Shown here: positions 1-12,058 of the stretch, piece after piece
Layout: each line of letters starts with the position of its first letter
Position numbering within the stretch: the stretch's first letter is position 1
Made by a program: the position numbers and the translations under genes
The notes under the pieces: model-generated
Database searches by the model: none
What the model was told of the DNA's origin: nothing
Seen by the model: the letters and a program-made list of their open reading frames with translations, nothing else
DNA from: Amoeboaphelidium protococcarum X5
Lineage: Eukaryota > Fungi > Aphelidiomycota
Assembly (NCBI GenBank): GCA_023515725.1
Contig: JALDTO010000208.1
Span: forward strand, 840,534-904,533
Length of the DNA: 64,000 nt
Direction of reading: 5' to 3'

Positions 1-79
1 CGAAGCTTCAGCCAAAGCGATGTTTAAAGCACAAGGAGAAGATTGAAAACCACGAATACACGGCAAAGTACGATTAAAG

Positions 80-655
80 ATGACAACGGGTGAGAGGGAA
101 GAATCAAAGGGCGGATTATCACACGCTGAATAGGAAGCACTGTTAAATTATACGTGGAAGCAGACTTTGAAAGAGGTGGATCTGTGCTTTCCTCTTGGAT
201 CCGCAATTTAGCTCAAGGGTCGCGACTTTAGTATTGACATCAAGAAAAAGAGTCTGAGAGTTGCATTGAAAGATGGAAGTCGCGTCTTAGCAGAAGGATA
301 ACTGTATGGAAAGATTTTAATTGATGATTCCACTTGGACATTGATGAATACCGCATCTGGTCAAGTGTTAGATATTCATTTGGAGAAGGCGACCAGTGCG
401 TCAATGAAATGGTGGCCACACGTGCTTACGCATGAACCTCAACTTGACACCTCCAAAATAGAGCCAGAAAATAGTAAACTAAGTGATCTGAATGGTGAGA
501 CGCGTGCTGTAGTTGAGAAAATGATGGTTGAGCAGAGAGCCAAAGCGGTCGGTCAGTCTGCGGTTGATGATAGTGAGCGCAAGAAGATGGAGATGCTTGA
601 GAAATTCAAAGCTCAGCATCCCGAGATGGATTTCTCCAATGCTAAATTCAGCTGA
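80..655 (+). CDS. NUDC: Nuclear movement protein NudC (CS/p23 domain + NudC C-terminus)
   Basis: With TAR=Gln, one frame runs from ATG 80 to TGA 653-655: YTWKQTLKEVD...DDSTWTL...IDTSKIEPENSKLSDLNGETRAVVEKMM-like...FKAQHPEMDFSNAKFS. Confidence 0.93.
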
Positions 656-719
656 ATTGTAATAATATCATTTAATACTTTGTAATAGCAGTAAAAATAA
701 TATATTCGTTTTGTATTTA

Positions 720-1115
720 TCATTGCATAGCAGTCTCCTTCTAAACTCTAGAGTGATAAGCTTTGGACACTATATTCCACGCGTCCATGTATCTGTCCAT
801 GCACTTGGCAAGACAAGTTTACTCAGAGCTATCCAGCTTGGTACCAGGCTTGGTGACGCATTTCTTGAAGCATTTATCATTCATAGTCTACATAAATATA
901 AGACGCAGTTCATAGCGCGAACGAGGAGTAAAATTAAAATATCATAATGAGATTGGACAACTTACATTCAAAAGCTCCTGGGCATTCAACACGGCCATCT
1001 CGGCGCGTACTTGGTCCATAATTTAATCTTTCTACTACAGTACTTACGCGCCATTTAGTCCACCCATTGAAGAGTCGATATCGGGCGAAGAGCTGGCTGT
1101 CGATGAAAAGTCCAT
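720..1115 (-). CDS. TIM13: Mitochondrial small Tim chaperone Tim13 (one intron, ~888-965)
   Basis: [63 protein letters not shown]; twin CX3C motif; GTAAG donor; TGA at 720-722. Confidence 0.9.
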
Positions 1116-1314
1116 CCTTGGTTACTGTACTTTTTGGCGTTTAGCAAAATGCTGAATGATTAAAATGATCAAAAGAGGGAAAATGTCCAATTTTCAAGAG
1201 ACCGACCTGACCTCTCAAGGTAAGTTATAAACATCAACCAAAAAAAAAGATTGAAGCTAATTAAAATACTTTGATTTACAACAGATATTAAATTCAATTA
1301 TATGTACCTGAATA

Positions 1315-2844
1315 TCAGCATTGGAATTTAGATACACCGACTATGGTCCAACACTAAGAATCAGACAAGGAGTCGACATCGGCTCTAACACGAGAAGATG
1401 GACACAAGGCAGTGAGTGGCAGAGATACTGACTAATCTTGATCAGCCCGGCTAGTACCTAGATATTTAATAGCGTGCCCATTTTATGATACTTCAACGAC
1501 TTACAGTGCCACCCGATGCATTTAGCTCACGTAACAATCAGTCTGCTGCGAGTCCAAAATCACTTGATTGTCCTTTCCCAGTCTGACGATCCTGCAAACA
1601 ACATCCATATTCATTGCATCCGTCTCCACAGGACTGAGGACAACATGTGTATTGTAAGCGATCGGTGTGCCAGCAGGTGCGTAAACTCTCGAACCATCAC
1701 GGCAAGTAAGCAGGGAACGAACAATCATGGGGGTCCAGTCTTGAGAGTCAGCAGTTAAGTGTCGTCGATGCTATAACTGATTCTATGGCAATGTCTACCC
1801 AACATTTATATAACGCGTTCGCACATTTTAACAATTGATACGGTTAAAAAATGCTACATTATCACCACATAGAATGGCACCCACAGGTGCTTTGATACCG
1901 GGCCGACCCAATGAAGCAGTCTGACCATGCTGTTTAGATTTGGTAACTTTCTTGGAAGGCTTTGATATAAGCTAGATGTTGCACGATAAAGCTTCATATA
2001 TCTCGCCATCAACATTTGCACTAAGTTTTAGATTAACATGACCAACTTTAAGGTTATCATGACCAGATTGCGACGACCGCTGGGTAACAGTGGACGGAAC
2101 ATGGAGAGACTTGAATGAACACGTTGCCATACCATTGGCAGGCAAACTTATCTTACTCAACTGATCAGCTGCCGCAATCTCTAGGCTATTGATACTCAAA
2201 CCCAATCTGAGAACACCATGAACGTTCTTACCAAATCTTGACTGGTCAGATACGACTATTTTTGGTGGAGGACACATAAAACGCTTCTCTTGTCCATAAG
2301 ATTTCTAGACAACAACCGCGTGCCAACATTCAAAACGATAATGATAATCTCTTGGAGTATAATCTCCAGACAAAGAGGAGATTGAATCTTGTATTGAAGC
2401 AGGTAGAGCAACAGGATACGGCATCTAAACAGCGCACAGTCTAGGAGACGGAGTTGGTGCAATCTATGGAGGCGAAGCATAACCGGATCTTCTATCACAA
2501 TCCGAAACAACTGAAGATGCATCAGACGATGTATATTCATCATGTGGAGTTTCTGTGTAGAGCAGATTCTAAATCGCTAATCGGTTGCTATGAAACTGGG
2601 GACGATCCTTTGATAAGCAATCTTTGCCAGATAATGGAGATCCTTAAGCGTTATCAGCAGCTTCAATAGCCATCAGAAGAACATCAAGACCAGTCTGCTA
2701 TTATTGATGCGGCACAGGAGCGGTGTTCACACAGATACGTTTCGTAATAACTGACTCGCTATGATCACCAGAGTCGAGACACCGCTTCAACAAGCCAGAT
2801 TAAGCGAGCGGTAGTGACACTTAGGCAGAAGCAGGTGCAATCAT
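1315..2844 (-). CDS. CSL (CBF1/RBPJ/Su(H)/Lag-1) family transcription factor, LAG1 DNA-binding + beta-trefoil domains
   Basis: Single ~509-aa frame with CSL signatures VVQKSYGQEKRFMCPPP, IQLISKPSKK and VAFFNRINCQNVRTRYI; low-complexity N-terminus as in fungal CSL proteins. Start codon inferred. Confidence 0.88.
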
Positions 2845-2939
2845 TATTTATATACGGAAAGACTGAGTATTATTATATCCCACAATAGCTGATGGATAGA
2901 ATAAAGAAGTGAGTGAACAAGTAATGACGATAAAGAGCC

Positions 2940-3339
2940 AGTGGGAAATATTTGAGGCAAGCCGTGTGAAAGATCGATTGTGATTTTCAACAATCGTGTG
3001 GAGTCAACTCCGCCTGCGTGATTTTCCGTTTCGTCGGTTCCCACGATTGTAATGGCAGCGCTGGCAAACAAAGGCACCTTGATGAAGCTTATAAGACATT
3101 CACTCCCGTATATTAATTTGACATTCAAATATGGAAGATGATAGTGACTAAATAAAAGGTTAGTGTTGAAGCCCGTATAAATAGACAGACATGAAGCTTG
3201 ATTTTTACGATGCATCAAGGTTAGTGTGAGAATCATTGTTGGCGTGGGAACAGCTGATGCTCATCGATCGATGGGATGGCGTGTGAAAACTTTCCTCGTC
3301 ATCACATCATCAAATTTTCACACGGTGATTTTTCACACG
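2940..3339. promoter_or_regulatory. Cluster of CSL-type binding sites (GTG[G/A/T]GAA) upstream of the CSL gene
   Basis: AGTGGGAA 2940, CGTGTGAA 2963, TTCCCACG 3038, TGTGAGAA 3225, CGTGGGAA 3243, CGTGTGAA 3280, TTCACACG 3317, TTCACACG 3332. Confidence 0.75.
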
Positions 3340-3444
3340 CATAATTACTATCACCGTCTACACAACACACAACGATCATCAAAGAAGCTACTAAATCAAC
3401 TATAATCATAAGAAGCAAGAAACATTCATTGTGATCAAAGAGAT

Positions 3445-4509
3445 TCAAATTTACATTGTAAGATGCTAAGGTACTGACTTGGAGTCATCATCGACTAAGT
3501 ACTTGGCAATGATCTCCTCCGAGAGCCATTGCTATCCAATTTACATGTGACCGCCATCTTTGGTGAGTAAAATCAGGCGATCGCTCTCATCCAACTGTTT
3601 CAGACCAATCCAATCATCCTAATACAATTCAGATTCGCGTAATGACACTAAGCGCTTACCACTATCACTCCATTGTCCAAACCAGGCAGTTTCTTTAGGA
3701 ATAGCCATGGTGTCATTGCTGAACATCACCAATACCAACTTGTTTAACTTGAGCATATTGTTCTTGTAAGCTTCATTCTTGTCGGCTTTTTCATTATTGA
3801 TGTCTGGCAAAAATATGTTGGACCATAAGTAAGAATCCAACTACTAAATATCACGATAGTATTAGGCCTGAATCACGCGGGATTGAACTTGAGGCAAGTA
3901 TACACCCCTCTTGATTGCCATCCTAGCCAAGCTACACCACCAAGAGCTTTAGACAACATCGTTAGAATCTTCTCCTATCAGTGTCTCTTGTATCTCATCA
4001 CAATTAGGCATAGCAGATTATCCGCCGTGCTGAGAGCCAAAAGTGATCAAATTATAAACTTGAACAGAGTTGCAACGCTCAATGTATGCCCTCAAAGCCT
4101 ATCCACCTTGTGAGAATCCGAGAGCATTAACACCTGACGCTTTTAACAAATCCAAATCAGCCTACGATACTGGTTTCATGGTGCGCAAATTAATCACATT
4201 GACGCCTGAACTCGATTTACCATTCATAACATAACACAATCCCTGTACCTGGTCATTCAGATTGCCAAAGAAGGAAGCCTTTTAATCGGAATCTGCACTC
4301 CCATCACCGATTTGCACAGAGTAAACATTAACATCTGGTAACTGATCCCATATCTATTTGGCCACACTTACCATTGATCTTTCGTTACAACAGCTGTCGC
4401 CCATACCATGCCACAGCAACACTGGTTTTCCCTGTTATGACGCGTTAATTACACTCTAAGACAGAGCTATAATAGTCAATATAACAATTTTTACAGACAC
4501 CATAGCCAT
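3445..4509 (-). CDS. PPT1: Palmitoyl-protein thioesterase 1 (secreted/lysosomal)
   Basis: Signal peptide, then PVLLWHGMGDSCCN, FLPDINNE, YKNNMLKLNKLVLVMFSNDTMAIPKETAWFG, LYQDDWIGLKQLD; TGA at 3445-3447. Confidence 0.92.
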
Positions 4510-4789
4510 TTATTAGTAGAATTTTGGTCAATTCTAAACAGAAAGAATTAGTACAAAAGACTAAATTTTTAGAAATATTTAAAGCACCTCCTTAACTGAA
4601 ATAGATGTGTGTGATTGGAGCACAATTTAGTCACCTTTGGTAAAGCCATAATAACACGCTCGGAACTTCAGCTACCTACCACAAGATTTTCGTTTCAGGA
4701 ACTGTCAAAATTCCGCAAAATATCTTTATAGAGAGAAGCAAGGATTATAGTGTAAATATCAAGTATGTCTTTGTATCTGACTCTTTTAA

Positions 4790-7525
4790 AACAAATAAAA
4801 CGCTTGTTTTCTTTTGCACCGGTAGTGTTTTGCACCTTGCACCCGGAGAAACGCACCGAACTCGCTTTGTTACAATCTCGACCGTCTCGCATGTCTGGCA
4901 GGAAGCGTTCTAGAGCAGTGTAGAGTGACTCGTAGCCATCTGGAGGGGGTATCACCACCTCCAACAGTAGTACTGGCATCCCAGCCGTTGATGAGTGTGC
5001 TGGTGTTGGCAGTAGTGTCGGCGTATCCGCCTCCTCAAGTTCTGGTCTGGCTGGGTGCGAGGCTGAAACAAGTGTTGTTAGCATGAATCAAACTGCTGAT
5101 ATCACTTCACAAAGTTCTGCTCAAGTCAGTGCTGCTTTCAATAGGTAGCTGGAGAATGAAGATGAAGATGACGACGACGATTACGACTCTGATGATGGTC
5201 TGGATGATGAGCAGTTGGCGAAGAAGGTGAAGAGACGCAAGAAGTCGGAGAACAGCCATGTGTATCGCATTGAAGCGGCGTACAAGTATAAGCTGGATGA
5301 AGGCATTGGAGAGACGTTGAAGCTGCTGAGGTTGACTCGATCCGACGTATCTGTGCCACTCACTGGCGGTAGGCCTTTGGCTGTGAATAGTATGTAAGCC
5401 TACTAGAAGCATTACAGAGGATTGCGGTACTTTTTTGCGCTAATTGGTGACTACAGCTCGAGTTTAATGCTGCTTCCTAACCCCCCGCAGTACACACCGT
5501 CAATGAACGCCAAGAGCATCATTTTGTTTATCAAGTTCAAGCGTAATGAGAAGGGTTCTTTGCTAAAAGACGAGAATGGCAACGCTGTGAAATGTGTCTA
5601 TGGGCACGATATCAAGTGCTAGGGTGGTTGGAATATGCCACAGAATGTTGACCAGTTGTTATCGGCTGTCTCTGTGCTGCATGATAGTCGTAATTAGAGG
5701 GGGGAGTACAGAGATATCTGCGAAGAGTGCATCCAACGTTCTGAGCGTGGTGATAGATCTGGCTGTCGGTTCCATCCGATGGCTCCTCGTATTTGGCTGG
5801 GTGGAGATCCAAAGAATTCTTCCCTCATGACTAACATGTAGAGATTGAACTCCCGCGATGGATGCAGCTACGTGTCCGAAGGCAGCTAGCCGCTCACACC
5901 TTGGGAATTACTACGTCTCCGCGAGTATTTCATCTCGAAAAATGATGCGAAGTCATTCATGATGTGGACGATGATTATCGTTAGTATCAAGCTATTTCTG
6001 CGCAATGATGAAGTCACCGATTTGAAAATTCATGATCCTAGGCTGGAAAATTGTCTCAACAAGGATCTTGCGACCTTTCAAAGTGATGGCAGTATATCTT
6101 CCCTTGCTTTCTACATTAAAGGCAAGTCTGATCGTGTTAGAGTGTGCTTGACTCTTTGGACGGATTATGATGTGCCCGAATTGTGCCCGGTTCGTGCGCT
6201 TTTGACGTGGATTTTTATTTCTGGGATTAGAACTGGATTCTTGTTCCCTCAAGAGAGTACACTGGATGCTGTGAAGCAAGTTGGGCATGCGGCGTACAAC
6301 ATCTCTTACGTATCTTATCATAGGCAGTATCAGAAAGCTTGTAAGATTGCTACCGGCAATCCCGATGGTAAATTTGGTACGCACACTAGTAGGAAGACTG
6401 GCTATTTGCTTGCTGTTTGGGGAATGGGATCAGAGATTGACATCACTAAGAGTGCGCGACACGCTTCGTCCGCTAATGCCGCATTGTATAAGAAGGATGC
6501 TAGCTATTTGCTAGAATTAGCGAAGACTAGACGTTTGGACGTGTCTTCCGTGGTAAGCAAATTCAGATCAGCCTACTGTGAGTAGCTATAGATGGCTCGC
6601 AGTCTGAATGCTGCCCATTCTAGAGGCAATTTTTGTCTGCAGCAGGTGAGTCAAGAGATTGTTCGTAGCTTATGTGGATTATCTGATGTTGATGCAGTTG
6701 GTGGACCTAGAGTGATTTACGATGCACTTCTCCAGTTGCAGAAGAAAGAGACTGTGCTGCAGCTTATTGAGGCAAAGTTGAAAGAAATTGCACCTAATGC
6801 CACTCCGGAGGAGATTAATGAGCTGCGTAGGATGCTTGAGCTTTATGCGAATGGATTGATTGCTGCCACTCAATCAGCTAAGTTGAAGTAGCCAAAATCT
6901 ACTCTGACTTCTCAATAATCTTCTTCCAGATAGTTACGTGAACAAGCTGCGGTTCACTCTGATGATGAACTCTATGAATCCGATGAAGAAGACACTGACG
7001 TAGCTGATGTTGTACCTGCCATCACAGCTGTTCAGTAGGATGAAGTTGTGAATGATATGCCTGGGAGAGAGAAAGTGAGAAAAGCGAAGACTGCCATGGC
7101 GAAGTTGGAGGCCATTCTTGCAGTGGATGATCCTGGCTCAACCGTCGGGTTATCAGCTGGCGCCAAATCATTCTACGTGAAGCAATACTGCCCGATCATG
7201 AAATGTCTGAGAAAGCACTTTGGCGGTGATTTGGATAAGTTCATCGCACATTGGGGGAACTTCAAACCAACTAGCTTCAAGACAAACAATTGCTCTGGTA
7301 CCATGGATGAGTGTAGTATTTGAACAAGACAGATAATATGGAGACTGAGATTGAAAGTGGATTTAATACAAAAAGTTTAATGCAAAATCATTGAGGATTT
7401 GTTTGAAACAACTGACTTGTCTGTTTTCTGCGAGATCACCGTCGCGCGCTCGATCGCTCGCGCATTCTTCCAACGTCAACCTTAACGGTTTCCGTTTTTG
7501 CACTTTGCACTTTTAACAATAAGAG
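4790..7525 (+). mobile_element. Putative Crypton-like tyrosine-recombinase DNA transposon (ends approximate)
   Basis: A single YR gene is bracketed by near-identical direct repeats TTTTGCACCTTGCAC (4828-4842) and TTTTGCACTTTGCAC (7496-7510), with an extra TTTTGCAC at 4812. No RT, gag or DDE transposase. Confidence 0.65.
4891..7323 (+). CDS. Tyrosine recombinase (phage-integrase fold), 810 aa, intronless
   Basis: One frame from ATG 4891 to TGA with ~15 TAG/TAA read as Gln. Catalytic set: LFLR(6001)NDEV, KGKSD, CPVRAL, GTH(6382)TSRKTG, ARH(6460)ASSANAALY(6487). A CEEC..GCRFH putative Zn site lies upstream. Confidence 0.88.
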
Positions 7526-7974
7526 CATTATACCGTGATGTCATTTTGATTGTATGCCTTGAAGGATCGAATCCCTCAGCCATGGCAATATATCCGAAAC
7601 TGATAGGCTTGAGCATTATAATTTAATTAAAAATTGCCTACAAAGTAAAAAAGAATAAATTTGTGATGTCTTATCTATAATGACGTGATCAAGTTAAGGT
7701 AAGGGGGTGAGACTGACACGTGTGTACGCCATATCATATAAAAAATTTGAAGCATTCGAACTTTTAATTGCGATTTACTTTACTTATTAGCATTCCTCCA
7801 CAATTTAGTCCAAATAATGCTAGTTCTGCAATTAAGGATATCTTACATGTGCGGCAATTCCCAAACGTTAGTCCTTGAAACAATGAGCAATGATATACAT
7901 TTACGCTAATGTACGCTGGTCCTTTTATAATCATGTCAAGTTAAACTTCAAGCATACAACTTCTTGTACCTTAA

Positions 7975-9228
7975 TCATTCGCTCCCGGCAACTTATGCCA
8001 TCTCTTTTAAATAACGAACTATAAACTCATCACCGATAGACTGAGCAATCTTTGTGGATTATTCAGCAATTTTGATAGCCTTGGCAGGATGAGTGACGCG
8101 GTAGATCTGAGACAGAATCATTAGAGATAGTGCCTGCTCTTACTTGCATGAAGATTTTACGGATTACAGTAGACATTGCTTTGCTTTATGATACTATTCA
8201 TTAAAGTAAAATCTAGCACCATCTATCAATGGCAACGTATTAGTGTCATTTGTCATATCCTAATTGTCCACAGATAGAACTTGCATCTGGTGTTCAATAA
8301 AGGCTCTCAAATCTGCGCCTACCGCATGATCTGTCGACAAAATTTGAAATGCATTACCAGCTTCCTAAAATTTCGCGTTCGACTGCAGCCATAACGCTTC
8401 ACATAGCGTCACTATCTGTTACTCACATTCTGAGGAAATCAGATTCAAAGAGTCTTAAGCGTCAGCAAGTCTGCGCTGACGTAGTTACACTAAATAGATG
8501 GCAAGGACTAATCTGGATTTGATAGCTCTCATGGTAGACAGATCTTGTTGAGACTAGCATACACTTTCTTCCAATAGTTTCAATCCTTCAGCCCCAATCT
8601 CATCATTATTAAATGCAATACATGACATCAAAGATACTAAAGCGTTTAAAGCAGCTACAGACATGCAACTAAAGTTACCATTCAATAAGGTTCCATCGTA
8701 ATTAGCAATTAAGCTCTGCAATTCTTGCACAACAGGCTTGAACAATTTCACGTCATTCATCACTGATATACATTGTGGGATAAGTGAGTAGATCTTGTCT
8801 TCAATATCAAATGCATCTTTCATGTACTACTTGCATAGCGTGATGATTTACAAATCTTGCTTTGATTGGGCCTGTTTCAGAACTTCTTTACAATTCTGTT
8901 TCAGCAATTTCGTGTCGCCATTCTGATAGAATAGCTGCAGTTTGAATTTATTGACTTCCATTTGCAATGTATAAAAAGTTTCAGCAGACTATGCAGATTT
9001 CTTTATCAGCATTTCCAGTTTGCAGATATATTCTAAAACCATGGCTGATGGTTCAACAGCGTAATTGGATATCAACTCCAAGAATCTTAGATAAGCATTA
9101 ACATACGTAACGAGATTTTCATTTGCCACAGCATTATCAATGAATATTTTGTATAGATAGCATGCTTCAACGTGTTTACCATAATGTAAGCAAGATTCTG
9201 CCAACTGAATAAGGCTTTAATATTTCAT
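7975..9228 (-). CDS. TPR/helical-repeat protein, probable cohesin loader subunit MAU2/Scc4-like
   Basis: Long frame with TAR=Gln. The N-terminus (LIQLAESC) and C-terminus (FYFNEQYHKAKQCLLQSVK..QALSLMILSQIY..STKIAQSIGD) resemble MAU2. 5' end uncertain. Confidence 0.5.
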
Positions 9229-9489
9229 CCTTATGCGGTCTAAGAGCTAGTATCAAATTAGTGCATATAAGGAATGAATGAGTGATACGAAACAATTGTA
9301 AAGAAAGAACTTTTACAGGTGAAACAATTCTAATGATAATGCCTTGAGATGGAGAAACATGACGCGTTTAGATAAGCGAGATGGTTTCTGGTCGCGTTGA
9401 CTAAGCGTGAAACTTTCTCAATCAAATATCTCTCTCATTCAGAGTGAGCGATTATAGATCTAATCGCAATCCAAAAGATTTTAATAATT

Positions 9490-11082
9490 ATGGACAGTAA
9501 TTTGATAAGATTTGCTGTTGCTTTATTTGCATCTTATCCGCTCAGTCTTCTTTACATTTCTCTGTTTCCTTTGAGAGAGAAGCCATGTTCTGAGTAGCTA
9601 TAGCTGATCAAGAGTTTGTATTGTGGAGTGATCGGACTTTCTATGGGATACTATGTTTATGGTTGGCCTTGTGTATTCCACGTCTCGTTAGCAATGTTAT
9701 ACTCTTATATTCTTGGTTAATATTAGCATCGGCGAGTGCCTATTCTGATCTTTGGTCTCAGTATTCTACATTTATCTTACTGTCATCTGCGTCGTCAGAT
9801 CTTTAATCCTAACAATTCCATAGATCTCACTGGTCCTATGATGATTGTCACGATAAAAGTGTCTTCATTCGCGTGGAACGTCTTTGATGGCTGGAACAAA
9901 GAAGATAAATAAGCGGTGTAAGATGGTAGTCGGTACTCTATAGTTTAGTATCCATCTCTGGCAGAGTATTTTGGATTCATCTTCTTTTTTCCAACGTTCC
10001 TTTGTGGTCCGTCTATTGAGTTTAATGATTTTCTGATCAGCATAAAGGGATTGAGTGTGCCTGGTGTTTAGATGATTAAGACATAACATGTAGTGGTTCC
10101 CGCTATGATGCGACTGTTGTATGGAGTATTTTTCACTATATATCATCTGGTATTGAGTTAGCTTTTCCCTCCGTCTGTGTATCAATCCGCCGAGTTCTTG
10201 GCATTTAGTCTGAATCCTATAGTCTTAATTCAGCGTATATTTTTTATCTATATGTGTTTATAAGGATTTAAAGCCAAGTTTTATTGTGTATGGTTGATTA
10301 GCGAAGGTGCGTGTATAGCGATGGGATGTGGTGCTAAAGTTAGATCTGATAAGTCACTGTACTTTCGGTACTTGGATTCCAAAATCGGAGATGTAATCAT
10401 AGATTGGGGTGGATTAAGTAATGTGGCACCTCTAGCTATAGAGACTGCTACTAGCTTCCAATAGCTGACGCGTATGTGGAATGCGCGAACTCATCATTGG
10501 TTGAAACATTATGTTTACATTAGAATTATATAGGCGGCAAGTCCTAAAGCTGTGCCTATTGATTCAAAAGACGTGAAGGTTGGCGAGGATGGTATTGCTG
10601 TAGTGTCCAAATCAGTTTAGCAGAAGGTTAGTCATCGTGTACAATCCATGGCAACTTATGGAGTATTCGTGATTAGTGCGTTGTGGCATGGATTCTACTC
10701 TGGCTATTATTTGACTTTTGTCAGCGGCGCATTGTTGACCAGCGTTGAACGGAAGCTTCGAAAGCTTTACTTTCAGTTCCGTGAAGGTTTTGAACTTTAA
10801 GATGAACCTTCATAGTAAGGCAATGGTGGTGTCAAATAATAAGATAGCATGACTGCTGCCTTGAAATTACAATTTTACGATTAAATTTGGAATATTATGG
10901 GATGGATTGCATCGCAAATAATGCTGTCTTACTGCACCATACCCTTTATCACGTTGTACTTGCGCGAAAGTATGGCAAGTTGGCGCGCTGTGTTCTTCTT
11001 CGGCCACGTTGGAATAATTGTGTGTCGTCTACTGTCCGCCCTTCTCCTCAAACCAAAGAAAAGAAATATAAAAGAAGAATGA
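9490..11082 (+). CDS. MBOAT lysophospholipid acyltransferase (Ale1/LPCAT-like)
   Basis: Multi-pass hydrophobic protein; DLTGPMMIVTIK, FFFPTFLCGP, WNARTHHWLKHYVYIR, FVISALWHGFYSGYYLTF. Confidence 0.9.
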
Positions 11083-11227
11083 TTTTCAATTAATTAAATG
11101 TGAAATTTAAAATTGCTTTTGTAGTTTTTACTGAAATGGTTTTTAAGTTTCGACTATTTTCACTGTTACTCCAGTTCGCAATTGTTAGAAGCTCGCGCCA
11201 TGAACTTTTTGTGATCAAACAAAAGTG

Positions 11228-12058
11228 ATGAAAGAGAAAATGACAAAGATGGAAAACAAGCGAATTAAATGCAGGATACCACTGCGAGTAATTAGAAAAG
11301 ATTTAGTAAATATCCGAGATGACGATGAATCTAATATGTAAATAGATGGCGAAGTCCCTAAAAAGTAAGAGAAAGTGTACAATTACTTGATCCACTACCC
11401 ACTTGTCAATGCTAATCAAATGCCAAAATTGGGACGCGATATTGCGATAAAGCCTTAAAGTGGAATCTTGCAAATGACAGAGTCGATAGATTCAGAAAAT
11501 TATGATGGAGACATGGGATAGACGTATGGTCAGGCTGTGAATTATAGTCTGCAGTAATCATCGGATGCATAGCGGCCAATGATGAACAAGATTGACGCGT
11601 TGAAAGAGAATGAACTGTCAGGCATCAGCTTATATGGCGACCGATTGATGCAAGGTAGAAATAAGACTGGGTAATACGCTGTAGGTGTACTCAGGAATGG
11701 TGAATTGGAAGTGCATGTGTTGAATGCCGTGATATCCGCCAGACCAGATCTCTCTCACATTGATCTGCTCAAGACCGCCACGAAAGATCAGCAAAAGGAG
11801 ATGGCCACCAGTACTGATGAGTCCGATTATGAAGATAAGAAGGACCTGAAATCTGGATAGAAAAGCAATGAAGGCAATAATGGTAATAACACCAACTCCA
11901 AGAATGGTAAATCTCCCTCTGCTGTTGTAATAAAAAAAGCTGATGACGCAGCTGACCACAACTAGGCTCTGAGTTCACGTCTGCAGCACAAGCGAGCTGT
12001 AGAAGATGAAGAGTGGATATTCTGCCAGCGATAAATCGGCGATCCATCTCTATTATGA
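11228..12058 (+). CDS. RNA polymerase III subunit Rpc37/RPC5 (Sin-like N-terminal domain)
   Basis: YLIHYPL, QYAVGVLRNGELEVHVLNAVISARPDLSHID, acidic stretch, EDEEWI near the C-terminus. Confidence 0.7.

Noticed and set aside
7531-7590. tRNA T-arm-like GAAGGATCGAATCCCTC beside the YR element's right end
   Set aside because: I could not build D and anticodon arms or a correctly spaced acceptor stem, and it is too short for a tRNA. tRNAscan-SE would settle it.
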